A DNA stretch of 64,000 nucleotides from an uncultured Johnsonella sp. (GCA_937927235.1 CALBCM010000035.1:11017-75016); one strand, 5' to 3'; numbered from the stretch's first letter, positions 9,981 through 20,793 are shown. Numbers and translations are program-made. Notes: generated from the letters alone by a model not told the origin.

Positions 9981-11552
9981 ATGCATGAAATTACTATGAG
10001 GTATCGTATGTCAACCAGAGATGCATTTTACGGAGGAGGTGTTGTAAACGGCGCAAGGTCTATAACACTTTTGGAAGATGCAGCTGAAAGACTTATGGCA
10101 AAGGTATATAAAAATATCGGAAGATGCTCCAAGGTAAAAAAAATAAGACTTTTTATTCCATGCTTTGCAGGAGATTATATTGAAATAAGAGCACGTATCC
10201 TTAAAGAAGAAAATGAAAAAGCATTAATAGAGGTTCGCTCATTTAAAATTGCACAAATTCCTGAAAAACCAGAATTTGAGAGCTCTATAGATGTACTTGA
10301 AGACCCTCCGCTTTCAACTCTTGCAATATTTGAATACGAAATGCCGAAAAAAAAAACAGATAAAAAACTGGGAAGTAAAGCACTTTCAGGCATAAGAGTA
10401 CTTGATTTGACCCATGCCTATAACGGTCCCTTTTGCACTACATTACTTGGCGACAATGGAGCCGAAGTGATAAAGTTTGAGCCTATAGGCGGAGAACAGT
10501 GCAGATTTTGGCCTCCTATAGACGAAAAGACAAATGAAAGCGGATTTTATGCATTTCTTAACCGCAATAAAAAAGGCTGTACTGTCAATCTTAAATCGGA
10601 TAAAGGCAGAGAGTTGTTTTATAAGCTTGTAAAAGAAGCCGATGTTGTAGTGGAGAATTTCAGACCGGGAGTTACTAAAAAGCTTAAAGTGGATTATGAA
10701 ACCTTAAAAAAAATAAATCCCGGGATTATTTATGCTTCAGGAACGGGATTCGGGCAGTACGGTCCCTTAGCACACAGACCCTGCTATGATATTGTGGCAC
10801 AGTCGCTTGCAGGTATGGTGAATATTACAGGCTATCCCGATACTCCTCCGGTAAAGGTAGGAGCCTCTATAGCCGACAATGTTACCGGTATATACCTATG
10901 TGTCGGTGTTTTAATGGCATTATACAGGAGAGGAATTACCGGTCAGGGACAGCACGTAGATGTAGCTATGGCGGATACGATATTTACCTTGCTTGAAAAT
11001 GCCATAGTGACGACAACCCTTTCAGGTGCTGTACCTCAAAGGCAGGGCAATATTGATTTGACCATTGCACCGTTTAATATTTATGAAGCTGAAGATGGCT
11101 ATGTGGCACTGGGAGTTGGCAATGACAAGCTTTTTAAAATCTTCTGTGAGGTAATAGGACGCAGTGATCTTGTAACACATCCGAAATACTGTACAAATGA
11201 CCTTAGAGTGAAAAACTATAATGACGGACTGCATGATATTATAGTAAAATGGGTTAAACAGCATAAAAAGAGAGAGGTTGAGGAAATGTTTGATAAGGTG
11301 GGCATTCCCTGCGGTCCCGTGCTTGACATGAAGGAGGCGATAGAGCATCCTCAATTTCAGGAAAGAGAAATGATGGTACACATGGAGCATCCTGTAATAG
11401 GTGATATGTATTTTCAGGGCTGTCCGATAAAGCTAAGTTCGACTCCCGGAAGTGTGGATACCCCTGCTCCAATGCTTGGACAGCATAATAAGGAAATCTA
11501 CAATCTGTCCGATGCTGAACTTGAAGAGCTTAAAAAAGAGGGAATAATTTAA
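9981..11552 (+). CDS. Fusion: N-terminal Kal/Acl-like hotdog domain + family III (CaiB/BaiF) CoA-transferase
   Basis: N-terminus RMSTRDAFYGGGVVNGAR...FAGDYIE; then LSGIRVLDLT, LNRNKK, ADVVVENFRPG, GFGQYGP, catalytic Asp in GASIAD, APMLGQH. Confidence 0.88.
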   Translation: MHEITMRYRMSTRDAFYGGGVVNGARSITLLEDAAERLMAKVYKNIGRCSKVKKIRLFIPCFAGDYIEIRARILKEENEKALIEVRSFKIAQIPEKPEFESSIDVLEDPPLSTLAIFEYEMPKKKTDKKLGSKALSGIRVLDLTHAYNGPFCTTLLGDNGAEVIKFEPIGGEQCRFWPPIDEKTNESGFYAFLNRNKKGCTVNLKSDKGRELFYKLVKEADVVVENFRPGVTKKLKVDYETLKKINPGIIYASGTGFGQYGPLAHRPCYDIVAQSLAGMVNITGYPDTPPVKVGASIADNVTGIYLCVGVLMALYRRGITGQGQHVDVAMADTIFTLLENAIVTTTLSGAVPQRQGNIDLTIAPFNIYEAEDGYVALGVGNDKLFKIFCEVIGRSDLVTHPKYCTNDLRVKNYNDGLHDIIVKWVKQHKKREVEEMFDKVGIPCGPVLDMKEAIEHPQFQEREMMVHMEHPVIGDMYFQGCPIKLSSTPGSVDTPAPMLGQHNKEIYNLSDAELEELKKEGII

Positions 11553-11594
11553 TCCCAGGGCAATCTTGTAAGTGCGGCAAAAAAGAAATTTAAT

Positions 11595-11637
11595 AAAAAA
11601 AATCGATAGTTACTTTAAAGCAGCTATCGGTTTTTTT
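11595..11637 (+). terminator. Intrinsic terminator of the pyrimidine/beta-alanine operon
   Basis: aaaaaatcgatagtt ... agctatcggttttttt hairpin with U tract. Confidence 0.8.
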
Positions 11638-11907
11638 GCTGTAACTATAATAAAAATCAAATATAAAGCTGCTCACGCAGCAATTTTATCAAATTAGTAA
11701 AAATGCTGAATTGCGAATTTAATAACAATGCATTGGTATTTTAGTAACAAATTTACATAATTGATAAAACATTATCATATAAAAAATAATAAAATACCAC
11801 AAAAAGCATGATTAAGTCTTGATAAGAAAGAGTATAAATTAAAAAGTAATTAAAAAACTTTGTGTAAAAATTCCTGAAATAATCACATTTTAATTCCAGA
11901 TTAGCTA

Positions 11908-11936
11908 TCGACAGTAGGAAAAAATTAGGTTATAAT
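11908..11936 (+). promoter_or_regulatory. Sigma-A promoter of the gcv operon
   Basis: TCGACA-17 bp-TATAAT. Confidence 0.65.
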
Positions 11937-12077
11937 ATATAACATAGCAAAAACATAGAGGTATATTTTTGTTAAAATGATAATAATTCCTTTTATGAAT
12001 GGAATTTAGCTTTTGATAAATTTATTCATTGAAAAGGGGTATTAAATAAATTTTCTATTTTTAAAGGAGGCAGGATC

Positions 12078-13166
12078 ATGGAATTAAAAACACCGTTATA
12101 TGATGCGCATGTAAAAGCAGGAGGAAAGATAGTACCGTTTGCAGGTTTCCTTCTCCCTGTGCAGTATGAAGCAGGTGTAATTAAGGAACACATGGCAGTT
12201 AGAACACAGGCAGGCCTTTTTGATGTTTCACATATGGGTGAAGTGCTTTGTAAGGGTAAGGATGCACTTGCGAACCTGCAGAAGCTTCTTACAAATAATT
12301 TTGAAAATATGGTTGACGGACAGGCAAGATACAGCCTTATGTGCAATGAAAAGGGCGGAACTGTTGATGACCTTATTGTTTATAAGAAAGGCGAAAATGA
12401 CTATTTTATAGTTGTTAATGCTGCAAATCAGGACAAGGATTTCAACTGGATGCTGGAGCATAAGTTCGGAGATGTGGAATTTATCAATGTTTCAAAGGAT
12501 TATGCACAGCTGGCACTTCAGGGTCCTAAAGCTATGGAGATTTTAAGAAAGCTGACTACAGAGGAAAATATTCCTAAAAAGTATTATCATGCAGTGTTTA
12601 ATGCAGAGGTTGCAGGAATTCCGTGTATTGTTTCAAAAACAGGCTATACAGGTGAGGATGGAGTAGAATTATATCTGGACAGTAAGTATGCCGAGCAGAT
12701 GTGGAATAAGCTTCTTGAAGCGGGCAAGGAAGAGGGGCTTATACCCTGCGGACTTGGTGCAAGAGATACCCTCCGTATGGAAGCTGCAATGCCGCTTTAC
12801 GGACATGAGATGAATGATGAGATAGACCCGCTTGAAACAGGGCTTTCCTTTGCGGTAAAGATGGATAAGCCTGATTTCATAGGCAAGGCGGCTATTGAGG
12901 CAAAGGGTGAGTCTAAGATTAAGAGAGTGGGCTTAAAGGTAGTCGGAAAAGGAATTATAAGAGAAGCACAGGATGTAATTGCAGATGGCAGAGTAATAGG
13001 ACATACTACTTCCGGAACACATTGTCCTTTCCTTAATTATCCGGTGGGAATGGCACTGATAGAGCCTAAGTATGCTGAGCTTGGAACCAGGTTTGAGGTT
13101 GAGGTAAGGGGTCGTAAGGTCGAAGTTGAGGTTGTAGCGCTGCCTTTTTATAAGAGAGCTAAATAA
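12078..13166 (+). CDS. gcvT: Glycine cleavage system T protein (aminomethyltransferase)
   Basis: [36 protein letters not shown]. Confidence 0.97.
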   Translation: MELKTPLYDAHVKAGGKIVPFAGFLLPVQYEAGVIKEHMAVRTQAGLFDVSHMGEVLCKGKDALANLQKLLTNNFENMVDGQARYSLMCNEKGGTVDDLIVYKKGENDYFIVVNAANQDKDFNWMLEHKFGDVEFINVSKDYAQLALQGPKAMEILRKLTTEENIPKKYYHAVFNAEVAGIPCIVSKTGYTGEDGVELYLDSKYAEQMWNKLLEAGKEEGLIPCGLGARDTLRMEAAMPLYGHEMNDEIDPLETGLSFAVKMDKPDFIGKAAIEAKGESKIKRVGLKVVGKGIIREAQDVIADGRVIGHTTSGTHCPFLNYPVGMALIEPKYAELGTRFEVEVRGRKVEVEVVALPFYKRAK

Positions 13167-13194
13167 TAATATATTTTTAAGGAGGAATAAAATT

Positions 13195-13575
13195 ATGTCA
13201 GTAGAAAAAGGATTATTGTATTCAAAATCACATGAATGGGTTAAAGAGGAGGGAGGAGAATTTTATGTAGGTCTTACCGATTATGCTCAGTCAGCATTGG
13301 GAGATCTCGTATTTGTGAACCTTCCAGAAGAAGGAGATGAAGTAAAAGTAGGCGAATCATTTTCAGATGTAGAGTCTGTAAAGGCAGTTTCAGATGTATT
13401 TTCACCGGTTTCAGGTGTAGTAAGCGCAATTAATGAAGCGGTGCTGGATTCTCCGGAAAGCATCAATAAGGCACCGTATGAGTCATGGCTGATTAAGGTT
13501 AAGGATGTTTCAGAAAAAGAAGAGCTGCTTAGTGCTGAAGAGTATGAGGCATTTTTAAAGACTCTTGAAGAATAA
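13195..13575 (+). CDS. gcvH: Glycine cleavage system H protein
   Basis: HEW, GLTDYAQ..LGD, lipoyl motif ESVKAVSD. Confidence 0.97.
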   Translation: MSVEKGLLYSKSHEWVKEEGGEFYVGLTDYAQSALGDLVFVNLPEEGDEVKVGESFSDVESVKAVSDVFSPVSGVVSAINEAVLDSPESINKAPYESWLIKVKDVSEKEELLSAEEYEAFLKTLEE

Positions 13576-13635
13576 TAAATGATGCACTCCAAGGTGCTTA
13601 AATAAAAACACGTTTTAAGAAAGGCGGTGGATTGA

Positions 13636-14949
13636 ATGGGAAAATACATCCCTAATACAGATGCCGAACAGAAGGCTATGCTTTCTGAAATAGGCTTCTC
13701 ATCTTTTGATGACTTATTTGCACATGTCCCGAAAGAAGTAAAGCTTACAGGCGAACTTAATATTCCTTCAGGATTATCAGAACTCCAGGTACGTAAAGAT
13801 ATGACAAAAATGTCCGAGAAAAATGTGGTATTTCCTACAATTTTCAGAGGAGCAGGTGCTTACAGACATTTTATACCATCTATAGTAAAAAGCGTGATTT
13901 CAAAAGAAACCTTTCTTACCTCCTACACGCCGTATCAGGCTGAAACAAGCCAGGGTGTTCTTCAGTCAATTTATGAATACCAGACTATGATATGTGATAT
14001 CACAGGTATGGATGTATCAAATGCCTCAATTTACGATGGTGCAAGTGCGGCGGCGGAGGCAGTGGCTATGTGTCGTGAAAGAAAGAGAAAAAAGGCTCTT
14101 GTTTCCGCTCTGCTGCATCCTGACTCTATATCTACAATTATGACCTACTGTCACGGCAATGGAATGGAAGTAGAAATAGTACCGGCAAAGGACGGTGTTA
14201 CAGATATAGAATACATTAAAGTTCATGCTGATGCAGGAACAGCCTGCGTGTTTGTACAGCATCCCAACTACTATGGAAATCTTGAACCTGCCAAAGAGAT
14301 TGCAGATATAACTCATGAGGCTGGAGCAAAATATGTGATGAGCGTTAATCCTATTTCACTCGGTGCTTTAAAGACTCCAAGAGAGTACGGTGCCGATATT
14401 GCAGTGGGTGACGGACAGCCCCTCGGTCTTTCAATAGCCTTTGGCGGACCGTACCTTGGATTTATGGCATGTACCGATGACCTTGTAAGAAGACTTCCGG
14501 GAAGAATAGTGGGCCAGACTCATGATGCTAAGGGAAGAGTAGGCTATGTGCTTACACTTCAGGCAAGAGAGCAGCATATCAGGAGAGAGAAGGCTTCAAG
14601 CAATGTATGCTCGAACCAGGCGCTTTGTGCACTTGCAGTAGGAGTATACCTTTCGGCAGTAGGTAAAGAGGGCTTAAAAGAGGTTGCCACCTTATGCATG
14701 TCAAAAGCACATTACATGGCAAAAGAGCTTGAAAAAATCGGATTTAAGCCTGAATACAAGGCTGACTTCTTCCATGAATTTGTAACAGTATCTGATGTTT
14801 CATCAGAAAAGGCTTTAAAAGCACTTGAAGACAAAGGTATCTTAGGAGGTTATCCGCTGGACGATAAGAGAATACTCTGGTGCTGTACCGAAGTAAACGG
14901 TAAGTGCTGCATAGACAAAGCCGTTAGTATCTTAAAGGAGGTGAAATAA
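13636..14949 (+). CDS. gcvPA: Glycine dehydrogenase subunit 1
   Basis: YTPYQAE.SQG, NAS.YDG, FGGP, REQHIRREKASSNVC. Confidence 0.96.
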   Translation: MGKYIPNTDAEQKAMLSEIGFSSFDDLFAHVPKEVKLTGELNIPSGLSELQVRKDMTKMSEKNVVFPTIFRGAGAYRHFIPSIVKSVISKETFLTSYTPYQAETSQGVLQSIYEYQTMICDITGMDVSNASIYDGASAAAEAVAMCRERKRKKALVSALLHPDSISTIMTYCHGNGMEVEIVPAKDGVTDIEYIKVHADAGTACVFVQHPNYYGNLEPAKEIADITHEAGAKYVMSVNPISLGALKTPREYGADIAVGDGQPLGLSIAFGGPYLGFMACTDDLVRRLPGRIVGQTHDAKGRVGYVLTLQAREQHIRREKASSNVCSNQALCALAVGVYLSAVGKEGLKEVATLCMSKAHYMAKELEKIGFKPEYKADFFHEFVTVSDVSSEKALKALEDKGILGGYPLDDKRILWCCTEVNGKCCIDKAVSILKEVK

Positions 14950-16376
14950 TGTTAGTATTTGAAAAAAGCAGACCGGGCAGAGGCTGTACCTTATTCCCTC
15001 CCTGTGATGTAGAGGTAGTTACACCGTCTGACAAAGATAAAAGAGAGCTTGAGCTTCATCTTCCGGAGCTTTCGGAAACGGAAATAAGCAGGCATTATAC
15101 TGAGCTTGCTAAAAAATCAAGGGGTGTAAATGACGGCTTCTATCCTTTAGGCTCCTGCACTATGAAGTACAATCCTAAGATTAATGAAGATATGGCTGCT
15201 CTGCCGGGATTTACCGAGATACACCCTCTCCAGCCTTTACACACGGTACAGGGCTGCCTTGAGGTCTTACAGACAATAGAAAAATATCTTTGTGAAATTA
15301 CAGGTATGGACAGGCTGACTGTTCAGCCTGCTGCCGGTGCACATGGAGAGTTTACGGGTCTTATGCTTATAAAAGCTTACCATGAAAGCAGAAATGATAC
15401 CAAAAGAACTAAGATTATAGTTCCTGATTCTGCACATGGAACCAACCCTGCAAGTGCAACTATGGCGGGATATTCAGTAGTTTCAGTGCCTTCAGGCCCG
15501 GACGGCTGTGTTGATATGGAAAAGCTTAAAACAGTTTTAGGTGATGATATAGCCGGACTTATGCTGACCAATCCTAATACCGTGGGACTTTTTGACAAGA
15601 ATATCCTTGAGATTACAAAATTAATACATGACTGCGGCGGACTTAACTACTACGACGGTGCAAACTTAAATGCGGTTATGGGTGTAGTTAAGCCCGGAGA
15701 TATGGGCTTTGATGTAATTCATCTCAACCTCCATAAAACCTTCTCAACCCCTCATGGCGGCGGCGGTCCTGGAAGCGGAGCTGTAGGCTGCAAGAATCTG
15801 CTGGTTGAGTTTATGCCTTCAATGCTGGTTGAAGGAGAGGATGAGAAAAAATTTGTTAAGCCTGAACACAGCATAGGCGATATGAAAAGCTTTTATGGCA
15901 ACTTCCTGGTAGTTGTAAAAGCATTAACTTATATTAAAACACTTGGTAAGGAGGGCATCCCTCAAGCTTGCAAGAATGCCGTGCTTAATGCAAACTATAT
16001 GATGGATAAGCTTAAAGACCTCTATACTATGGCATACGATGAGGTTTGCATGCATGAATTTGTTATGAGTCTTGACGATCTTAAGCATAAGACTGGGGTT
16101 TCCGCTATGGACATAGCAAAATCACTTCTTGACAACGGAATGCATCCGCCGACAATGTACTTCCCGCTTATAGTACACGAGGCACTGATGGTAGAGCCTA
16201 CTGAAACTGAATCAAAGGAGACTCTGGATGATGCAGTGGCAGTATTCCGTAAGCTCTATGAGCAGGCACAGAAAGACCCTGAAGTGCTGCACCAGGCACC
16301 GGTTACTACACCGGTAGGCAGACTTGACGAGGTGGGAGCTGCCAGAAATCCTGTACTTAGGTATAAATGGCAGTAA
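14949..16376 (+). CDS. gcvPB: Glycine dehydrogenase subunit 2
   Basis: PLGSCTMKYNP, SAHGTNPAS, HLNLHKTFSTPHGGGGPG. Confidence 0.97.
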   Translation: MLVFEKSRPGRGCTLFPPCDVEVVTPSDKDKRELELHLPELSETEISRHYTELAKKSRGVNDGFYPLGSCTMKYNPKINEDMAALPGFTEIHPLQPLHTVQGCLEVLQTIEKYLCEITGMDRLTVQPAAGAHGEFTGLMLIKAYHESRNDTKRTKIIVPDSAHGTNPASATMAGYSVVSVPSGPDGCVDMEKLKTVLGDDIAGLMLTNPNTVGLFDKNILEITKLIHDCGGLNYYDGANLNAVMGVVKPGDMGFDVIHLNLHKTFSTPHGGGGPGSGAVGCKNLLVEFMPSMLVEGEDEKKFVKPEHSIGDMKSFYGNFLVVVKALTYIKTLGKEGIPQACKNAVLNANYMMDKLKDLYTMAYDEVCMHEFVMSLDDLKHKTGVSAMDIAKSLLDNGMHPPTMYFPLIVHEALMVEPTETESKETLDDAVAVFRKLYEQAQKDPEVLHQAPVTTPVGRLDEVGAARNPVLRYKWQ

Positions 16377-16585
16377 TGCAGATTGATTATTAAGATAAAA
16401 TAAATTTCGGAGTGCCGGTGCATTATTAATTGAAATCTCAGTATTTTGTCTTGCTGAGATTTCAGCAATGTGCCGGTATACCTTATTGGCAATAAAAGTT
16501 TGAGGATAAGCAGTATGTGATAATATCTGCTTTACTTTTCCAAGGCAAAAGCTTATATAATAAAGTGGATGGAGAATATAAGATA

Positions 16586-17584
16586 ATGATAGATAGAATC
16601 ACATATATAGAAAGTAATCAGACCTATCCTTATAAAAATCTGGCGGTTGAGGAGCATCTGCTTCTTAATTGTGCCGAAAATCAGTGTATCCTTTATCTTT
16701 GGCAGAACAGAAACACCATTGTCATAGGCAGGAATCAAAATGCATGGAAGGAATGCCTTGTCAGCAAGCTGGAGGCGGACGGAGGCTTTATAGTGCGCAG
16801 GCTTTCAGGCGGAGGAGCGGTTTACCACGATTTAGGCAATCTGAATTTTACCTTTCTTGTAAATAAGGAAAATTATGATTTGAATAAACAGCTTCAGGTA
16901 ATAATAGAGGCTGTAGGAAAGTTCGGCATCAAAGCGGAAAGGTCTGGTCGCAACGACATTCTTATAGAGGGCAGAAAGTTTTCAGGAAATGCATTTTATG
17001 AAACCGGCTCACAGTGCTATCATCACGGTACTATAATGCTTAATGTAAATATTGAGGAGCTTTCAAAATATCTTACAGTTTCGAAGGAAAAGCTTCAGTC
17101 GAAGGGAGTAGATTCGGTCAAATCAAGAGTTGCCAATCTCACTGATTTTAAAAAGGAAATAGACATTGAAATGCTTAAAAGAAATCTTTTTGAGGCATTT
17201 CAAGAAGTGTACGGCTTAAAAGCCGAGATAATAAAATTTGAAGAGCTTGATCAGGAAGATATTGAAAAACGTACAGCATATTTTGCTTCGTGGAATGTAA
17301 TATTCGGTAAAAGAATAGATTTTCAGTATGAAATCTCCAAGCGCTTTGAATGGGGGCAAATTCTCATACAGTTCGGGATTGATTGCGGTATTATAAAAGA
17401 TGTCGCAGTATTTTCAGATGCGATGAAGACTGACTTTATACCTGAACTTGAAGAGTGCCTTAAGGGCTGTAAATATAGCAGAAATGAACTTTGTAAATCT
17501 CTTGAAGCGGCGGCTTTAACTGAGGATTTTGACGGAGCTATGAAAAAGGATGTAATTTCGTGGCTGCAGGAAGTTGATTTATAA
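16586..17584 (+). CDS. lplA: Lipoate-protein ligase A
   Basis: IVIGRNQN, RRLSGGGAVYHD.GNLN, RNDI, KFSGNA, HHGT; ATG start at 16586 is likely. Confidence 0.93.
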   Translation: MIDRITYIESNQTYPYKNLAVEEHLLLNCAENQCILYLWQNRNTIVIGRNQNAWKECLVSKLEADGGFIVRRLSGGGAVYHDLGNLNFTFLVNKENYDLNKQLQVIIEAVGKFGIKAERSGRNDILIEGRKFSGNAFYETGSQCYHHGTIMLNVNIEELSKYLTVSKEKLQSKGVDSVKSRVANLTDFKKEIDIEMLKRNLFEAFQEVYGLKAEIIKFEELDQEDIEKRTAYFASWNVIFGKRIDFQYEISKRFEWGQILIQFGIDCGIIKDVAVFSDAMKTDFIPELEECLKGCKYSRNELCKSLEAAALTEDFDGAMKKDVISWLQEVDL

Positions 17585-17631
17585 GGTTGTATTTAAATAA
17601 AATATAATTGATTATAAGGAGAAGCAGGCTT

Positions 17632-19035
17632 ATGGAGAATAATTTTGACGTAATAGTCGTGGGTGCAGGTCCCGGAGGCTATGTAGCCGCATTAAAAGCT
17701 GCAAAGCTCGGTCTTAAGACGGCTGTTATGGAAGAAAGAAGGGTTGGAGGAACCTGCCTTAACAGAGGCTGCATTCCAGCAAAGGCGATGATTCATGCCT
17801 CATCTCTTTACAGAGAAATTAAAGAAGCTGAAGTCTATGGAATTTCTGTCACGGGCGTAAGCTATGACTATGGAAGAATACTTGCTTATAAGCAGGATGT
17901 AATTGATAAGCTTTGTCAAGGTGTTGAGCATCTTTTTAAGACTAATTCAGTGACTTATATCAACTCAAAGGGAGTTCTTGAAAAGGACGGCAGCATAACT
18001 GTTGCAGACGGAGAGAATAAGGGAAGCTATAAAGCTAAGAGTGTTATTCTGGCTACAGGCTCCAAGCCCTCTCTTATCCCTATACCGGGACTGGACAGTA
18101 AGGGTGTGCTTACAAGTGACGAGCTTTTTCAGCTTGAAGAGGTTCCCGAGAGCCTTGCTATAATAGGCGGAGGAGTAATAGGGGTTGAATTTGCTTCTGT
18201 ATTTGCGGCACTTGGGGCTAAGGTAACTATACTTGAGGCACTTCCGAATGTAGTTGCAAATATGGATAAGGATATTTCACAAAACCTTAAGCTGATACTT
18301 AAGAAAAGAGGGATTGACATACATACTTCAGTTTCAGTCAGCAAGGTGGAAAAAGAGGGAGAAAGCCTTGTCTGCACCTATGTCGAAAAGGAAAAAGAGC
18401 TTAAAATCCAATCGCAGTATGTGCTTTGTGCAGTAGGCAGAGTGCCAAATATCGACGGCTTGTTTGGAGAGGGCGTGGCACTTGAAATGGAGCGCGGTCG
18501 TGTAGTGGTTGACGAGCATTTTAAAACCTCGATGGATGGTGTTTATGCAATAGGCGACCTGATAAAAGGAATGCAGCTTGCTCACTTGGCAAGTGCACAA
18601 GGCATCTGTCTTGTAGAGGAGCTGGCAAATCATACCAGAAGCATAGATTTAAACATAGTGCCGGGCTGTGTATACACCGAGCCTGAGATAGCCTCCGTGG
18701 GTATTACCGAGGCAGAGGCTAAAGAAAAGGGAATTGAGATAAATACCGGTAAGTTTATGATGAGTGCAAACGGTAAATCCCTTATTTCAAAGGAAGAACG
18801 CGGCTTTGTGAAAATAGTTGCAGATAAGCAGAGCAAGGTAGTACTTGGGGCACAGATGATGTGCGCAAGGGCTACAGATATGATAGGAGAGTTCGGAACG
18901 GCAGTTGCAAACAGACTTACCGTTGAGCAGCTTTTAAAGGCTATGAGGGCTCATCCTACCTATAATGAGGCTGTGGGTGAAGCACTTGAGGATGTATTTG
19001 GAGAGGCAATACATTCAGTGCCAAAAAAGAAATAA
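17632..19035 (+). CDS. lpdA: Dihydrolipoyl dehydrogenase (GCS L protein)
   Basis: GAGPGGY, GGTCLNRGCIP, IGGGVIG.E, HPT..E. Confidence 0.95.
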   Translation: MENNFDVIVVGAGPGGYVAALKAAKLGLKTAVMEERRVGGTCLNRGCIPAKAMIHASSLYREIKEAEVYGISVTGVSYDYGRILAYKQDVIDKLCQGVEHLFKTNSVTYINSKGVLEKDGSITVADGENKGSYKAKSVILATGSKPSLIPIPGLDSKGVLTSDELFQLEEVPESLAIIGGGVIGVEFASVFAALGAKVTILEALPNVVANMDKDISQNLKLILKKRGIDIHTSVSVSKVEKEGESLVCTYVEKEKELKIQSQYVLCAVGRVPNIDGLFGEGVALEMERGRVVVDEHFKTSMDGVYAIGDLIKGMQLAHLASAQGICLVEELANHTRSIDLNIVPGCVYTEPEIASVGITEAEAKEKGIEINTGKFMMSANGKSLISKEERGFVKIVADKQSKVVLGAQMMCARATDMIGEFGTAVANRLTVEQLLKAMRAHPTYNEAVGEALEDVFGEAIHSVPKKK

Positions 19036-19081
19036 TAAAAAATGAAAGGGTATCTCTAAGGGAGGTATGAGGTGAACAGAG

Positions 19082-20761
19082 ATGGGATTTAAAAGTGATA
19101 TTGAAATAGCCCAGGAAGCAAAGGTTAAGTCAATTAATGAGATTGCCGGCTATGTGGGAATTCCTGATAAATACGTAGAAAACTACGGAAAATATAAGGC
19201 AAAGATAGACTATCGTTATTATAAGGATGAGCTTGTTAAAAAGCCGGATGCAAAGCTTATTCTGGTGACGGCAATTAATCCGACTCCGGCAGGAGAGGGA
19301 AAGACTACCACTACGATAGGGCTTGCAGATGCATTGAACCTCCTTGGCAAGAAGACAATGGTTGCAATCAGAGAACCATCACTCGGACCGGTATTTGGTG
19401 TAAAGGGCGGAGCAGCAGGCGGCGGATATGCACAGGTAGTTCCTATGGAAGACATCAACCTTCATTTTACAGGCGACCTTCATGCTATCAGTGCAGCAAA
19501 TAACCTGATAGCCGCACTTCTTGACAATCATATTCAACAGGGCAATAAGCTCGATGTAGACCTTAAAAGAATTACCTGGAGAAGATGTATAGATATGAAT
19601 GACCGTCAGCTTCGCCGTATTGTTGACGGACTTGGAGAAAAGCCTGACGGCGTTACAAGACAGGACGGCTTTGATATAACTGCCGCATCAGAGGTAATGG
19701 CTGCATTCTGCCTTGCAAATGATATAAGCGACCTTAAAGCAAAAATCGCAAACATCATAGTAGCCTATTCAAGAAGCGGAGAGCCTGTAAGAGCAGGTGA
19801 TTTGAATGCACAGGGAGCAGTTGCCGCACTGCTTAAGGATACTCTCAAGCCGAACCTTGTTCAGACTCTTGAGGGAACACCAGCATTTATACACGGCGGA
19901 CCGTTTGCCAATATAGCACACGGCTGCAACAGTGTTATAGCTACAAAAATGGGAATGAAGCTTGCAGACTATATGATTACAGAAGCAGGCTTCGGTGCTG
20001 ACCTCGGTGCAGAGAAGTTTATAGACATCAAATGCCGCATGTCGGGACTTCGTCCAAACGCAGTAGTTCTGGTAGCTACAATAAGAGCATTGAAATATAA
20101 CGGCGGAATTGCAAAAGAAGAGCTTCAGGCAGAAAATCTTGAAGCACTTGAAAAGGGACTTCCAAACCTCTTAAAGCATATTGAAAATATTACAAAGGTA
20201 TATAAGCTTCCGGCTGTTGTGGCAATTAATAAGTTCCCGACAGATACAGAGGCAGAGGTTGAGCTTGTAAGAAAGAAATGCAAAGAGTACGGAGTAAATG
20301 TAGCACTTTCAGATGTGTGGGCTAAAGGAGGCGAAGGCGGCAAGGAGCTTGCACAGGAGGTTATAGAGCTTGCTAAGGGCGAAAGCACTATGGAGTACGT
20401 ATATGATGTAAATGCTCCTATTAAAGAGAAGATAGAAGCTATTGCAAAGAAAGTATATGGCGCTGACGGCGTTGATTTTTCAGCAAAGGCGAGCAAGGAA
20501 ATTAAGAATCTTGAAGCTATAGGACTTGGCAATGTGCCTATCTGTATAGCTAAAAACCAGTATTCACTCACTGATGATGCCAAGGTTCTTGGAAGACCTA
20601 CAGGATTTAAGATTTCTATAAGGGATGTTACACCTTCAGCAGGAGCAGGCTTTGTAGTTGCACTTACCGGTGATATTATGAAGATGCCGGGACTTCCTAA
20701 GGTACCGGCTGCTGAAAAGATTGATGTTAATGATGACGGTGTAATCTCAGGATTATTCTAA
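19082..20761 (+). CDS. fhs: Formate--tetrahydrofolate ligase
   Basis: [46 protein letters not shown]. Confidence 0.98.
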   Translation: MGFKSDIEIAQEAKVKSINEIAGYVGIPDKYVENYGKYKAKIDYRYYKDELVKKPDAKLILVTAINPTPAGEGKTTTTIGLADALNLLGKKTMVAIREPSLGPVFGVKGGAAGGGYAQVVPMEDINLHFTGDLHAISAANNLIAALLDNHIQQGNKLDVDLKRITWRRCIDMNDRQLRRIVDGLGEKPDGVTRQDGFDITAASEVMAAFCLANDISDLKAKIANIIVAYSRSGEPVRAGDLNAQGAVAALLKDTLKPNLVQTLEGTPAFIHGGPFANIAHGCNSVIATKMGMKLADYMITEAGFGADLGAEKFIDIKCRMSGLRPNAVVLVATIRALKYNGGIAKEELQAENLEALEKGLPNLLKHIENITKVYKLPAVVAINKFPTDTEAEVELVRKKCKEYGVNVALSDVWAKGGEGGKELAQEVIELAKGESTMEYVYDVNAPIKEKIEAIAKKVYGADGVDFSAKASKEIKNLEAIGLGNVPICIAKNQYSLTDDAKVLGRPTGFKISIRDVTPSAGAGFVVALTGDIMKMPGLPKVPAAEKIDVNDDGVISGLF

Positions 20762-20793
20762 ATATTAAATAATTAATATGAGGGCAATTTTAT

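Noticed and set aside
11553..12077. Glycine riboswitch expected upstream of gcvT
   Set aside because: No GGAGA...CCGAAG...CTCTCAGG aptamer pattern seen
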